From: Syntrophales bacterium
GTDB lineage: Bacteria; Desulfobacterota; Syntrophia; Syntrophales; UBA4778
Assembly: GCA_963665615.2 (NCBI GenBank)
Contig: CAXXQE010000001.1
Coordinates: forward strand, 327,151-391,150
Direction of reading: 5' to 3'
Length of the DNA: 64,000 nt
The notes under the pieces were generated by a model. That model was not told the origin of the DNA. It ran no database searches and saw only the letters and a program-made list of their open reading frames with translations. Each line of letters opens with the position of its first letter. Within the stretch, counting starts at the first letter, position 1. A program made the position numbers and the translations under genes. Positions 9,933 to 23,595 of the stretch are shown one piece after another.

Positions 9933-11063
9933 ATGCAGAATCCAAATTTCAGTTCAGGACCTTGCAGCAAACGGCCGGGCTGGTCGCTCGGTGATCTCAC
10001 CGGGGCCGCGGTCGGTCGTTCCCATCGCTCGGCCCTTGGAAAAGAAAAGCTGGCAAAAGCAATCAGCGACAGCAAAAAGATATTAAAACTGCCGGAGAAT
10101 TACATGCTTGGCATTCTTCCCGGCTCCGATACAGGCGCCTTCGAGGGGGCCATGTGGACCCTTCTCGGACCGAATCCGGTGACGGTTTTGGCTTGGGAGA
10201 GTTTCAGCGAGGGATGGGCGACGGACGTTGTGAAACAGCTGAAACTGAGCCCGACGGTATTGAAAGCGGAATACGGTGCCATTCCCGATCTCAAAAAGGT
10301 CGACTGGTCCAATGATGTTGTCTTTGTGGCCAATGGAACGACCAGCGGTGTCAAGGTTCCCAACTGGGACTGGATTCCCGACGACCGTGAAGGGCTGTCG
10401 ATCTGCGACGCGACCTCGGCGGTTTTTGCGATGGACATCGCCTGGGAAAAAATCGATGTGCTGACCTACTCCTGGCAGAAGTGCCTGGGCGGCGAAGGGG
10501 CGCACGGCATTCTGGTGCTCGGTCCGAGGGCTGTTGCCCGGATCGAGAGCTACGATCCGCCCTGGCCGATGCCAAAGATCTTCCGGATGAAAAAATCGGG
10601 CAAGGTGGACAAGGCGATTTTTGATGGCGATACGATCAATACGCCCTCCATGCTCTGCGTCGAGGATTATCTCGATGCCCTTCAGTGGGCGGCGTCCGTG
10701 GGTGGTCTGGATGCCCTGATCGTCCGAAGCATGGCCAATCTGAAGGTCGTTGAGGACTGGGTGGCCAGTACCCCCTGGATCGACTTCCTGGCTCAAACAA
10801 AAGAAACCCGCTCCAATACGTCCGTCTGCCTCATGGTGACGAGCGCTGAGTTCAAGGCCGCGCCGGCGGACAAGCAGGCCGCTTTTCTGAAGGCGATTGC
10901 CGTCAAACTCAGCAAGGACGGCATCGCCCACGATGTCGGGTCCTACAAGGATGCGCCTCCGGGGTTCCGGTTCTGGTGCGGTCCGACGATTGAACCATCC
11001 GATCTCCAGACGGCCCTGGCGGCCCTGGAGAAGGTCTATCTCGAAAAGATTTCGGAACTATAA
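9933..11063 (+). CDS. serC: Phosphoserine aminotransferase (Methanosarcina/alphaproteobacterial type)
   Basis: [34 protein letters not shown] lysine in [13 protein letters not shown]; adjacent to serA. Confidence 0.93.
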   Translation: MQNPNFSSGPCSKRPGWSLGDLTGAAVGRSHRSALGKEKLAKAISDSKKILKLPENYMLGILPGSDTGAFEGAMWTLLGPNPVTVLAWESFSEGWATDVVKQLKLSPTVLKAEYGAIPDLKKVDWSNDVVFVANGTTSGVKVPNWDWIPDDREGLSICDATSAVFAMDIAWEKIDVLTYSWQKCLGGEGAHGILVLGPRAVARIESYDPPWPMPKIFRMKKSGKVDKAIFDGDTINTPSMLCVEDYLDALQWAASVGGLDALIVRSMANLKVVEDWVASTPWIDFLAQTKETRSNTSVCLMVTSAEFKAAPADKQAAFLKAIAVKLSKDGIAHDVGSYKDAPPGFRFWCGPTIEPSDLQTALAALEKVYLEKISEL

Positions 11064-11094
11064 CAACTCCTATTGATGAAAGCAGGTAGAAGCA

Positions 11095-14014
<2,920 letters not shown>

Positions 14015-14072
14015 TTTTCCTTGACGCCTTAGGTGCTTCCCTGTTAAAAAGTGCGTCTTTAGCAAAAAACAT

Positions 14073-14148
14073 GGGTCGTTAGCTCATGCGGTAGAGCAGC
14101 GGACTTTTAATCCGTTGGTCGCGGGTTCGAATCCCGCACGACCCACCA
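14073..14148 (+). tRNA. tRNA-Lys(UUU)
   Basis: 76-nt cloverleaf GGGTCGT...ACGACCC-A-CCA, anticodon loop CT-TTT-AA, T-loop GTTCGAAT. Confidence 0.97.
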
Positions 14149-14164
14149 ATTAAAACAATAAGTT

Positions 14165-14192
14165 AAGGGGACTCGTCGGAGTCCCCTTTCTT
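14165..14192 (+). terminator. Intrinsic terminator after tRNA-Lys
   Basis: aaggggactc-gtcg-gagtcccctt hairpin followed by T-rich tail. Confidence 0.75.
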
Positions 14193-14316
14193 ATTTATGC
14201 TACCCTTGCATATTACGAAGTTAAAAAATCGTGCGTTACTGACATGAACACCCTCCTTGTATGGGAGGTTATAATAAACCCCGTATACCATTCTTATACT
14301 GATTCTCAGCATCTTT

Positions 14317-14416
14317 CCTGAATATATTCGATCGGACGGACAACGGCTCTGCTGAGAGTTTTAACGGCAAGTTGAGAGATGAATTGCTCAAGGGCGGGAG
14401 TTTCTATAGCCTCAAT
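14317..14416 (+). pseudogene. IS3-family transposase (OrfB integrase core) relic
   Basis: Reads PEYIRSD then, frameshifted, DNGSAESFNGKLRDELLKGGSFYSLN: two DDE-core motifs joined by an internal deletion. Confidence 0.75.
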
Positions 14417-14566
14417 ACTGAATGGCTATATTTGGATAGATATAGTATAGAAAAAAATTATCTATGCACTATTTTGATGATCTTTTGTCATATCAAGCCA
14501 TTAGGGAAAATAATTTGATTCATACCAGGGAAATAGCTCCTGAGTTCATAACTACTATAGGCAAGT

Positions 14567-14592
14567 CTCCGGCTCTGCCGGAGGTCTATGAC
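14567..14592. repeat. IS200/IS605-end-like hairpin, left copy
   Basis: ctccggc-tct-gccggag-gtctatgac; reverse complement matches 31988-32013 at 22 of 26 positions. Confidence 0.65.
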
Positions 14593-14603
14593 TTTTTGAG
14601 GTA

Positions 14604-17600
14604 TTGATCCTTATGTTATCTTCACATCCAAATTTCACAGCATTGCAATGGGAGTGCTTATCCCTTATGTCGGTCTTTGAGGTGCCGGTTTCCTTAAATG
14701 TGATCGCTCAGTTGGTTCAGATACCACCAAACGAGTATTTTGAGCTGTTTCGTAAGAGTGAATCGCTAGGCTGGGTCTATCAGAATGACGATGGCTCTTT
14801 TTCCCTGTCCAATAATCTGCCTGATAACGTACGAATAGAAATTGAAAAAATCAACACCCCTGCCAAACTAGCAACACTTGTTGAAAGCATTAAGGCCAAC
14901 AACCTTATTGATAAAATCCCACCCAAAGCATTTAAGAACATTCTTCAGAAATCAAAAGCCGAGAAAATAAATTTAAAAGATGAGATGGCACTGGCCATTG
15001 AAGCACTTACAAAAGGCAACCGGAGGATTGCCAAAATACACATAGAGAAGATAGACCTCCTTTTGGCGTCGTTCGAAGAGAACTCGCCGGAGAATGTCTG
15101 GTTCATTTCAAAATCCATTAAACTCGCCGAGCACTGCATTAGGCGTGCTTGTGGATTATCTACTGCCTCCAAAATGATGGAAAAAACCATTATCATGGCG
15201 GAAGGCGTTGGAGATGAGCGGAGCTGGGCGATGGCCAATTTTCTTTTAGGTCGAGCCTGCTGGTTTAAAGGATGGACCAATGAAGCGATCCTCTATCTTG
15301 GCAGGGGAAAAGAGAAGGCGGAGGCGCTTGGAGATCCCGATATATTAACGTATTCCGCTTTATTTATCGGTATATATTATACGCTTCTCGGTTATATGAA
15401 TAAGGCCGCCGACTATCTGAAAGCTGTCACTCAGAGTGCCATTGAACGCGAAGATCTTGTGCTGAAGTATGAAGCGCCGGTTAATTTTCTGTATTGCGAT
15501 ATCAATCGCGGTGATTTTCATCGGGCGATTGGTACGATAGATTTTTTCCGTCGCCTGGCCATTAAAAAGAAGGACCATGACGCCGCATCAGTCTATCAAG
15601 TCATGCTTGGCATTGCTCTGTGGGCTATTGGGAAAAGAGAGGAAGCCCTGTTTCACTTGGAGGGTGTTAGAGCCGTTGCCCCGGATAATATGCTTGGTTA
15701 TTGGATGAGTCTTCACGGTCTTTCCTGCCTCTATCTGGGGGAAGGAGATATTGATAAGGGGCTTTCCTTATTTAAGCAGGTGCTCAGTCTGGCCGGCAAG
15801 GCAGAAATTGTACACCAGGTTTTTCATCCGCTCTATTTTGAAAGTTATTTTAAGGCAGAACAGGCGGGTTGCGATCTGCCAGCCGGATGGCATTTTGATG
15901 AGTTATTCCAAAAAATCATGGCAGGGCAGAATGTAGATTTACAGGGAACTGCTTTGAGGCTTCGTGCTGTCAAGTCCATTGCTGCCGGGAAACCTGAAAA
16001 AATGATCCTTAAGGACCTGCAGGAAAGTGAAGCCCTCTTGGTGAAATGCGAAGATTCATTTCAACTGGCTAAAACGAAGATCGAAATGGTGCGATACTAT
16101 CTTCGAAATAATAATTATGAAAAGGCTCGCAAACTGGCTAATCAGGTTTACTATCAGGAACTGACAGGCTATAACGAGCGTTTTTTTCCGGATGATCTCG
16201 GATTCCTTTTGGAAGAAACGAAATCCGAGGCAGGTACCACAATCGATTATGGCCCCTCCTTGGAGCCGATCCTGCGCATTCTCGAAGAGTTGTTCACCGC
16301 CCCGGATGATGCGATGAAAATGGATTTGTTTCTCTCGACCCTGTCCCGCTTTTTCAAGGCGGAACGCTCTGGCATTTTCATATTTGACAAGGCGGACGCC
16401 GCTGAATTGCGGACAGCGCGGAATCTTTCCCGCTCAATCATCCATGATCTGAATTTCCTGACGAGTATGGATATGATTGTTACCTGTTATAAGAAGAGAA
16501 AGCCAATGCTATCTAAAAACATCAAGGAGGCAGGGGGAGCTAGACTATATGCGATGTGTCTGCCGATTTTTACCGAAATGGAAGTGAAGGCTGTCCTGTA
16601 TTTTGACAATTCTTATTTGGCGAACTGCTTTGATTTTGTTTCAATGCCCATGCTCGAATCACTCGGTCGTAATCTGGATGGTATTCTTAAAAAACAGGAG
16701 ATTTTTGCCAAAAATACGACCGGCTTATTGGAGCACGCCCTCCCCAATATCGGGGATGTTCTGGGCGCCCCCTCTAACTCTTCTGATTTGATATCTAATA
16801 TTATAATAAAAGATATGAAGATGATTAAACTGTTTAAACAGGCCAGACGGCTCGCTGAATCGGAGGCGCCCATCCTGATTTTGGGAGAGACGGGGTCTGG
16901 CAAGGAGATTTTAGCGCAGTGGATTCACAGGAAGAGTTTGAGGCGTGAGAAGCCTTTTGTCATTATCGATCTCACTACCATTCCTGAAAATTTAATGGAG
17001 AGCGAGCTATTCGGGCACGAAAAAGGCGCTTTTACCGGCGCCTATCACCAGAAAATCGGCCGTGTGGAACTTGCAGAAGGCGGGACGTTGTTTTTTGACG
17101 AGATAGGGGAAATTCCTCTCTCGTTGCAAGTTAAGTTATTGCGTCTGCTGGAACAGCAGACCTTTACGAGAGTCGGCGGAACGAAAGTAAAGAGAGCTCA
17201 ATTTCGGTTTTTAGCTGCAACCAACCGAAATCTCATTGATGAGGTCAAAGCCGGCAGGTTTCGTGAGGACTTGTATTACCGCATTAATGCTCTGGAGTTG
17301 ACTATTCCGCCTTTGAGAGAGCGAAGAGATGATATTGCGGCGCTAGCAAATCATTTTCTAGTGAACTTTGCCAAGAAGTACAAAAAAAAGATATCGGCTC
17401 TGACTGAAGAGCAAGAAACGGCAATCAAAAACTACTATTGGCCCGGTAATGTAAGAGAACTCAAGCATTTTATTGAACGGGCAGTGCTCATCGCAGAGGA
17501 CGCTCGTGTTGAACTGGTTTTTTCGAATCAATCATCGGAGCGTTCTCCGGTTGAAAATGTGTTTTCAGGCTTTCCGACAATGGACGAAATTCAGCGTCGT

Positions 17601-17723
17601 TACATACAGCTCGTATTAGACCATGTCAATGGGAAGATACGAGGAGCGGAGGGCGCTGCGGAGATTCTGGAGATGAACCCAAGCACCCTCATCTCTCGCA
17701 TGAAGAATCTCGGCATGCGTTGA
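14604..17723 (+). CDS. Large sigma-54-dependent transcriptional activator (wHTH-like N-term, TPR-like helical region, GAF-like, AAA+, HTH)
   Basis: [47 protein letters not shown]-terminal Fis-like HTH; start TTG 14604 or ATG 14613. Confidence 0.93.
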   Translation: MILMLSSHPNFTALQWECLSLMSVFEVPVSLNVIAQLVQIPPNEYFELFRKSESLGWVYQNDDGSFSLSNNLPDNVRIEIEKINTPAKLATLVESIKANNLIDKIPPKAFKNILQKSKAEKINLKDEMALAIEALTKGNRRIAKIHIEKIDLLLASFEENSPENVWFISKSIKLAEHCIRRACGLSTASKMMEKTIIMAEGVGDERSWAMANFLLGRACWFKGWTNEAILYLGRGKEKAEALGDPDILTYSALFIGIYYTLLGYMNKAADYLKAVTQSAIEREDLVLKYEAPVNFLYCDINRGDFHRAIGTIDFFRRLAIKKKDHDAASVYQVMLGIALWAIGKREEALFHLEGVRAVAPDNMLGYWMSLHGLSCLYLGEGDIDKGLSLFKQVLSLAGKAEIVHQVFHPLYFESYFKAEQAGCDLPAGWHFDELFQKIMAGQNVDLQGTALRLRAVKSIAAGKPEKMILKDLQESEALLVKCEDSFQLAKTKIEMVRYYLRNNNYEKARKLANQVYYQELTGYNERFFPDDLGFLLEETKSEAGTTIDYGPSLEPILRILEELFTAPDDAMKMDLFLSTLSRFFKAERSGIFIFDKADAAELRTARNLSRSIIHDLNFLTSMDMIVTCYKKRKPMLSKNIKEAGGARLYAMCLPIFTEMEVKAVLYFDNSYLANCFDFVSMPMLESLGRNLDGILKKQEIFAKNTTGLLEHALPNIGDVLGAPSNSSDLISNIIIKDMKMIKLFKQARRLAESEAPILILGETGSGKEILAQWIHRKSLRREKPFVIIDLTTIPENLMESELFGHEKGAFTGAYHQKIGRVELAEGGTLFFDEIGEIPLSLQVKLLRLLEQQTFTRVGGTKVKRAQFRFLAATNRNLIDEVKAGRFREDLYYRINALELTIPPLRERRDDIAALANHFLVNFAKKYKKKISALTEEQETAIKNYYWPGNVRELKHFIERAVLIAEDARVELVFSNQSSERSPVENVFSGFPTMDEIQRRYIQLVLDHVNGKIRGAEGAAEILEMNPSTLISRMKNLGMR

Positions 17724-17992
17724 CGAAGATTAAATTCATATAAATCAAATGCCATAATCTCCCATCTCTCGAAAGATATGTATTACTCTATTAGTGCTGT
17801 CATAGTCTTTTAATTTGCTTCTCGCAACAATCCTATTATTCCCCCCCGCACTGTATACCATTCCCTGACCATCTTTATTTCATCATAGTAAAGTGCCGAT
17901 GCTATATTAAATTTCTATTCACCTGAAAATCCGAATTGATTTTTTGAAAGTCCATTATTTTTTGCCGAGTTTCGGGTCTCAAATAATTCTTC

Positions 17993-18034
17993 AGATGCAT
18001 CGATATATCGACGGAAGATGCATCGATATATCGA
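17993..18034 (+). promoter_or_regulatory. Tandem palindromic upstream activating sequences (putative bEBP binding sites)
   Basis: Two exact copies of AGATGCATCGATATATCGA (17993-18011, 18016-18034), each containing palindrome TCGATATATCGA, ~75-115 bp upstream of a -24 box. Confidence 0.7.
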
Positions 18035-18106
18035 TTAATCCCCCTGTCAATTAATGAATGATAATTAAATAATTAGTTATATCAATTAGATATAAAGCAT
18101 TTGATT

Positions 18107-18123
18107 TTGGCATAGGAAATGCT
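18107..18123 (+). promoter_or_regulatory. Sigma-54 -24/-12 promoter of the island catabolic operon
   Basis: TTGGCATAGGAAATGCT = GG-N10-GC, preceded by AT-rich IHF-like tract (TATCAATTAGATA). Confidence 0.85.
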
Positions 18124-18269
18124 TTTACCTGATAACGATAAAAACAATGTCGTTATCTGCGCGTCAATGAGCCGAGCAATTCGGGGCGGCAGTAACAACT
18201 ATAAATAGAAACTATGCTTATGACAGTTTTGGCAAAAACCATTATTAAAGAAAAAAAGGAGCAGACATT

Positions 18270-18704
18270 ATGGACATACTCAAGACATTACAGGACATAG
18301 AAGAGATCAAGAAACTCCAATATCTCTATGCCCACTATTGTAATCTCGGAGTGAACGGAAAAACGATGGATTACGATAAAGTCCCAGGGCTTTTTATAGA
18401 GCAGGGGACATGGGACGTTCCTGAACTCGGGATATCATGTAAGGGAAGAAAAGAAATAAGCGAGACGTTTAAGCAACTGGGAGAGAGCACAGGATATTAT
18501 GTGCATGGCTTTATCAACCCGATCATAGACGTTGACGGAGATACCGCCACCGGTAACTGGGATTTGTATCTGGGGACTGTTGCCGAAGGCAAGCCGGCTT
18601 TCATGATCGGATGTTATGACTTTGTGTATGTCAGACAACCAGAAGGCTGGCGGATTAAATCTGTCGTCGTTTATGTAGGCAAGACAGTCGTCTCAGTCGT
18701 CTGA
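18270..18704 (+). CDS. SnoaL-like / NTF2-fold protein (BaiE/LinA/scytalone dehydratase superfamily)
   Basis: L.DIEEIKKL...Y, LF...GTW, H.FINP.IDVDGDTATG.W, Y...YVR...GWRI pattern; AGGAG RBS. Confidence 0.8.
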   Translation: MDILKTLQDIEEIKKLQYLYAHYCNLGVNGKTMDYDKVPGLFIEQGTWDVPELGISCKGRKEISETFKQLGESTGYYVHGFINPIIDVDGDTATGNWDLYLGTVAEGKPAFMIGCYDFVYVRQPEGWRIKSVVVYVGKTVVSVV

Positions 18705-18850
18705 GGCTCTTTTAGATGGATAGTGGAAGGCTGCAAAACAAAAAACGATTGAGCCTATCCGTTCAACTGACTCGACTTTGTCCATTTGAGCAAGAAGAAG
18801 CTTAGTCAAGTATATAAAAGCCATAATAAATTACAAGGGGGTACATCAAG

Positions 18851-20044
18851 ATGAGTTTTGTTGTTGCTAAAACCAGACAGAATTTTATGTATGCAAATAC
18901 TACACTTGTCAATTTCGGTGTAGGGGCGGTGGCCGGTTTAGCCGATCAGGTCAAAAATTTGGGGATCTCTCGTGTGCTCATTGTAACGGACAAATTCTTG
19001 TCTGAAACGGATAACTGCAAAGCGATGGTTGAGAGTCTTAAAAAGGCGGGTTGCAACCCAGGTGTCTGGAATGAAGTTATGCCGGATCCGACTGATACGA
19101 TCGTCAATAAGGGCGCAGAGTACTATCTGCAAGGTAAGTATGATGGTCTCATCGCAATTGGTGGCGGGAGTCATATGGATACTGCAAAGGGTATGGGAGT
19201 CGTGGCGCTCAACGGCGGAAAGGTAACGGATTACTTCTATAATGTGCTTCCGGCGCCGGCCCCCATAACGAAAATGCCTCCTCTCATCTGTATTCCTACT
19301 ACCTCGGGTACGGGCTCCGAAGTAACAACCGTCTCCATCATAACAGCTGAAGGCCGAAAATTAGGCATACTGAATCCCATGATTGGTCCTAAAGTTGCCC
19401 TCGTTGATCCGAGCCTTACGATAACCCTGCCGCCTACTCAGACTGCTTCCACGGGGCTTGATGCGCTGATGCATGCAATAGAAGGGTACCTCTCTTTGAT
19501 CGCAACTCCCATTACAGATGCGCTGGCCCTGTATGCAATTGAATTAATATCTAAAAACTTGCGGCAGGCCGTATTCAACGGCGCCGATCTTGAGGCAAGG
19601 TCGAACATGTCATTGGCTGCAACGATAGCAGGTTATGTCGTCGGCAGTTGTTATGCTATCGCCGGGCACGCAGCGGGGCAGGCCGTTGGCGGTAAGTTCC
19701 ATATCCTGCATGGGTTCTCCTGCGCTCTGCCTATGCCTGCAATTCTAGAGTACAACCTACCCGCCTGCGAGGAAAAGCTGAGTAGAATAGCATCAGCCAT
19801 GGGTGTCAATACGGTGGGAATGTCTCAACGTGAAGCAGCCTATGCAGCTATCGATGAGTTGGCGCTGTTGATCAGTGATTTAGATATTCCAACACTGGCT
19901 GAGGCAACCGGAATGACAGACGCAGATGTCGATGAGATAGCCTCGTATGCTGTCCAGGATGCGTGTAGTGCCCTTAATCCCAAGCCATGGACACCTCAGA
20001 CCTATGCTCTCATATTGAGAAAAACACTCGGATTGGTGAAATAG
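18851..20044 (+). CDS. Iron-containing alcohol dehydrogenase
   Basis: GGGSHMDTAK, IPTTSGTGSEVT, metal ligands in GLDALMHAIE, GHAAG, LHG. Confidence 0.93.
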   Translation: MSFVVAKTRQNFMYANTTLVNFGVGAVAGLADQVKNLGISRVLIVTDKFLSETDNCKAMVESLKKAGCNPGVWNEVMPDPTDTIVNKGAEYYLQGKYDGLIAIGGGSHMDTAKGMGVVALNGGKVTDYFYNVLPAPAPITKMPPLICIPTTSGTGSEVTTVSIITAEGRKLGILNPMIGPKVALVDPSLTITLPPTQTASTGLDALMHAIEGYLSLIATPITDALALYAIELISKNLRQAVFNGADLEARSNMSLAATIAGYVVGSCYAIAGHAAGQAVGGKFHILHGFSCALPMPAILEYNLPACEEKLSRIASAMGVNTVGMSQREAAYAAIDELALLISDLDIPTLAEATGMTDADVDEIASYAVQDACSALNPKPWTPQTYALILRKTLGLVK

Positions 20045-20315
20045 TTAGCTAGGCAGGCTGCTGTAAAAAAGCGCAAGGGAAAACTTGTTATAGAGTGTTC
20101 AGTGTTACGCGACGTTGACGAAGCCCGCCTATGATCCGATTGCACAGGCCATGGGCGGGACCTCCTCTATTACCGGATATATGGAAAGGGGGTGAGAAGA
20201 GCACATTTCGCAAATTAAGCGAAATGGAAGCTGAAGTGCAAATTGTTTTATAGGTTTTTAGTAGACGGGATATTCCACAATTATTTATCAGCGCCATTTA
20301 ATGAATGGAGGGAAA

Positions 20316-22001
20316 ATGAAGAGGAAGCGAATTTACCTGTGTGGCTGGAAGAGTTTTGGTTTGATAGCAGCTGTAGCTGCTGCGTTTTTGCTCGGCGTGG
20401 GCGGCGCCAATGCCTTTGAAATTAAGACTACTAACGAAAATATTAAAATGCAATGGGACAATACCTTCAAGTACAATTTGGGTATTCGTGCCAAGTCTGC
20501 CGATGCAGATCTTCTGGGTACCTATAATTTCGATGACGGTGACCGCAATTTCAGAAGCGGCGGCATTGTAACGAATCGTGTGGACATCTTGTCCGAGTTC
20601 AATTTTATTTACAAAGAGGAGTATGGATTCAGAATCAGCGCGGCCGGCTGGTACGACCAGCGGTATCGCGACCCGATGGACAACACCTCGGTGTTAACCT
20701 CTAACACGCTGGAAGGGGGCACTGCGGGCAGCGCTCAGACACTCGGTTTGAGCGAGCGCGCCAAGAATTACCATAAAGGTCCCTACGGCGAGATCCTCGA
20801 TGCCTTTGTGTTCGGCAAGTTCGATGTCGGTCCGGTTCTGGTGAACGCTAAGTTGGGCCGTCACACCCTATACTGGGGCGAGTCGCTGTTGGGCTTCATC
20901 AATGCGATTTCCTACTCCCAGTTCCCCGTCGATTTTGCGAAGGCCCTGGGGGTTCCGGGATCGGAGGTGAAGGAACTGTTCATGCCCCGCGGCGCTTTCT
21001 CTCTCCAGGCGCAGTTGACCGAAACGATTGGTTTTCAGTTCCAGCAGTTCCTCGAGTTTAATCCAGCGCGCATTCCCGAGAGCGGATCATACTTGGGCGG
21101 CGTTGACATCTACCAGAAGGGCGCCGATGCATACGTGCTCGCCCCCGGCGCCTTTTTCAAACACGACAGCGACATCGAGCCGGACGGCTTCCACGACTAT
21201 GGCTTCGCTCTCAACTGGAAACCTGATTGCCTGAAGGACCTTCAGGCCAAGCTGGGTTTCTTTTTCCGAAACATGACCGATCAGTTGCCACAGGTCTATG
21301 TCGACGGTTTGAACGGCCAGTATTTCTTCGTTTATCCAGACAATATCAAGCTCTATGGCGCCAGCGCCGCTTTTGCCCTGGCCGGGTTCAGCATCGGTCT
21401 GGAGTATAACTATCGTACCAACATGCCTTTGAACAGCACAGGCGCTGTTGTTTTAGGAACGCGTCCCGGCAAGGGTGATACCGAGCAAGCCCGCGGGGAT
21501 GTCCATCTGGCGACTCTTAACTTTATGACGTTGCATGGCCCCAAGGCCTGGGCGGATAGCGGCACCGGGATCCTGGAATTCACTTACTGCCATCTGCAGC
21601 GTGTCAGCCAGGGCGAGGCCTACTTCAAGGGGCCGGGAAATCCTGCCGGGTATGAGGCTATCGATCGTGTAACCCGGGACGCCCTGGGCGTGGGCATCAG
21701 TTACACCCCGACCTGGTTTGCCGTATGGCCGCAGTGGGATTTGTCCATGCCTGTGAGTTACAGCATCGGTCTTTTGGGAAGCTCGGCAGTTAACTCCGGC
21801 GACGCGGAGGGCAATGGAAGCGCCAAAGTCGGCCTCAGCCTTGATTACAAGCAGAAGTATACCTTTTCGCTTGCCTACAACTGGTATTTCGGTGATCACG
21901 ATTTTAATCCTGCTACCGGTACAATGGCGATCCGCGGCGGTTTGCCGGCGACACTGTATGATCGCGACTGGGTGAGCTTTACATTCAAGACGAATTTCTA
22001 G
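20316..22001 (+). CDS. DUF1302 outer-membrane beta-barrel protein (AupA-like)
   Basis: Signal peptide, WDNTFKY...DDGDRNF, NRVDILSE, LDAFVFG, GRHTLYWGES, PGSEVKELF, C-terminal DRDWVSFTFKTNF ending in Phe. Confidence 0.88.
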   Translation: MKRKRIYLCGWKSFGLIAAVAAAFLLGVGGANAFEIKTTNENIKMQWDNTFKYNLGIRAKSADADLLGTYNFDDGDRNFRSGGIVTNRVDILSEFNFIYKEEYGFRISAAGWYDQRYRDPMDNTSVLTSNTLEGGTAGSAQTLGLSERAKNYHKGPYGEILDAFVFGKFDVGPVLVNAKLGRHTLYWGESLLGFINAISYSQFPVDFAKALGVPGSEVKELFMPRGAFSLQAQLTETIGFQFQQFLEFNPARIPESGSYLGGVDIYQKGADAYVLAPGAFFKHDSDIEPDGFHDYGFALNWKPDCLKDLQAKLGFFFRNMTDQLPQVYVDGLNGQYFFVYPDNIKLYGASAAFALAGFSIGLEYNYRTNMPLNSTGAVVLGTRPGKGDTEQARGDVHLATLNFMTLHGPKAWADSGTGILEFTYCHLQRVSQGEAYFKGPGNPAGYEAIDRVTRDALGVGISYTPTWFAVWPQWDLSMPVSYSIGLLGSSAVNSGDAEGNGSAKVGLSLDYKQKYTFSLAYNWYFGDHDFNPATGTMAIRGGLPATLYDRDWVSFTFKTNF

Positions 22002-22017
22002 TCAGGGAGGGTAAAAC

Positions 22018-23421
22018 ATGACTATGTTATACAAGAAATCTATGAAGATCGCGGTATTGGCGGTTTTCTTGACGCTGATATACGCAGGTTGTGTATTTGG
22101 CGCGGTGAGCCAGGAGGAAGCCGCGCAGTTGGGCAAGAACCTGACGCCCTTCGGGGCGGAGATAGCCGGCAACAAGGACGGCTCGATTCCGCCCTACACG
22201 GGCGGCCTGACCAAGGCGCCTGCAACTTACGTAGCGGGATCGGGCTGGCGTCCGGATCCCTTTGCATCGGAGAAACCGCTGTTCAGCATTACGGGGCAGA
22301 ATGCGGCGCAATACGCTAATAAGCTGTCCGTGGGGACTATGGCACTTTTGAAAAAATTCCCCGGTTTCCGCTTGGATGTCTATAAAACCCATCGTACCGT
22401 TGCGTATCCTGACTATGTACTCGACGCCACGGTAAAAAATGCAGTTACGGCCAAGCTTGGTGCGAACAAAAAGGGCGTGGAAAATCTCGTGCAGGGCGGC
22501 ATCCCTTTCCCCATCCCGAAGAACGGCGATGAAATTATTCTCAATCACAATATGCGTTATATGGGCTCCTCTTGGTTGACCAGAGCGGTATCGACTGTTT
22601 GTCAGGAAGACGGCAACTTCTATAATACCGCGGAACCACTTATGATCTGGAACGAATTTCCGAATTATTATGAAGATAAGGAAGCTCGGGAACGCAACAA
22701 CAAAGAGTATCTTTACTGGAAAATCCGATGGATATTCGAAGGTCCCGTCCGTAAGGCAGGCGAAGGCGGCCAGGGAATCCATCACATCATCGGCGATCAA
22801 ACTGTCGGGCCGACACACCATCTGTACCTTCCCGGGCAGCGGCGGGTAAAGTTGGCGCCGGAAGTTTCCTTCGATACCCCGGATACCGATGGCGCGGGGA
22901 CGTGGACGTATGATGAATGCTGGCTGTTTAATGGCGAGATGTCACGGTATAATTATAAACTAATAGGAAAAAAGGAATTATATATTCCTTACAATACATA
23001 CAGACTGGTTTATTACACTGGAGATCTGAAGCAGATGTTTAAGCCGGGCAGCTATATCAATCCGGATCTTATCCGCTGGGAACTCCACAGGGTATGGGTG
23101 GTGGAAATCGCCTTGAAACCGGGCAAGCGGCATATTTACCCGAAGCGGACATTTTATATAGACGAGGATAGCTGGGCGATTATCGCAGCGGATGTATACG
23201 ATGCCCACGGTAATATCTACAAGTCCAGTTACCATGAACTTGTCCAGTGCTATGACATGATGGCGCCGATCACCTATTCTTATATGCACTTCAATCTGAT
23301 AAATGGCGTATCATCCCGCGCAAACTATATGAGGCTAGGCATGGGATATCTAAAGCCGATTCCGCCGCAAACGGCACGCTGGTGGTCGCCGGATGCCTTG
23401 GCAGGTAAGGGTTTGCGCTAG
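22018..23421 (+). CDS. DUF1329 periplasmic protein (AupB-like)
   Basis: AVSQEEAAQLGKNLTPFGAE.AGNKDGSIP.YTGG, GIPFPIPKNG, YLPGQRRVKLAP, RWELHRVWVVE, RTFYIDEDSW. Confidence 0.9.
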   Translation: MTMLYKKSMKIAVLAVFLTLIYAGCVFGAVSQEEAAQLGKNLTPFGAEIAGNKDGSIPPYTGGLTKAPATYVAGSGWRPDPFASEKPLFSITGQNAAQYANKLSVGTMALLKKFPGFRLDVYKTHRTVAYPDYVLDATVKNAVTAKLGANKKGVENLVQGGIPFPIPKNGDEIILNHNMRYMGSSWLTRAVSTVCQEDGNFYNTAEPLMIWNEFPNYYEDKEARERNNKEYLYWKIRWIFEGPVRKAGEGGQGIHHIIGDQTVGPTHHLYLPGQRRVKLAPEVSFDTPDTDGAGTWTYDECWLFNGEMSRYNYKLIGKKELYIPYNTYRLVYYTGDLKQMFKPGSYINPDLIRWELHRVWVVEIALKPGKRHIYPKRTFYIDEDSWAIIAADVYDAHGNIYKSSYHELVQCYDMMAPITYSYMHFNLINGVSSRANYMRLGMGYLKPIPPQTARWWSPDALAGKGLR

Positions 23422-23453
23422 ACGATTAAGCCTGAATCATAACGCATAAAGAC

Positions 23454-23494
23454 GGCAGGCACTGAAAGTGTAAGCATCGTGATCAGTGCCTGCC
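23454..23494. other. Intergenic 12-bp perfect stem-loop between DUF1329 and YCF48-like genes
   Basis: ggcaggcactga ... tcagtgcctgcc; no clear U-tract, so possibly an mRNA-stabilising or attenuating hairpin. Confidence 0.55.
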
Positions 23495-23595
23495 ATCTAT
23501 TAAGCGTGGCTCTCGACATAAAAGGATAGAACTCCTCGTATTGAGCGGATGTATAAATTGCAAAGAGGTGTAAACCAAAATTTGGGAGAAAAAAG

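Noticed and set aside
22018..22110. Lipobox (YAGC) in DUF1329 protein
   Set aside because: Ambiguous; the conserved mature start AVSQEEAAQLG follows a signal-peptidase-I-like site, so lipidation is not claimed.
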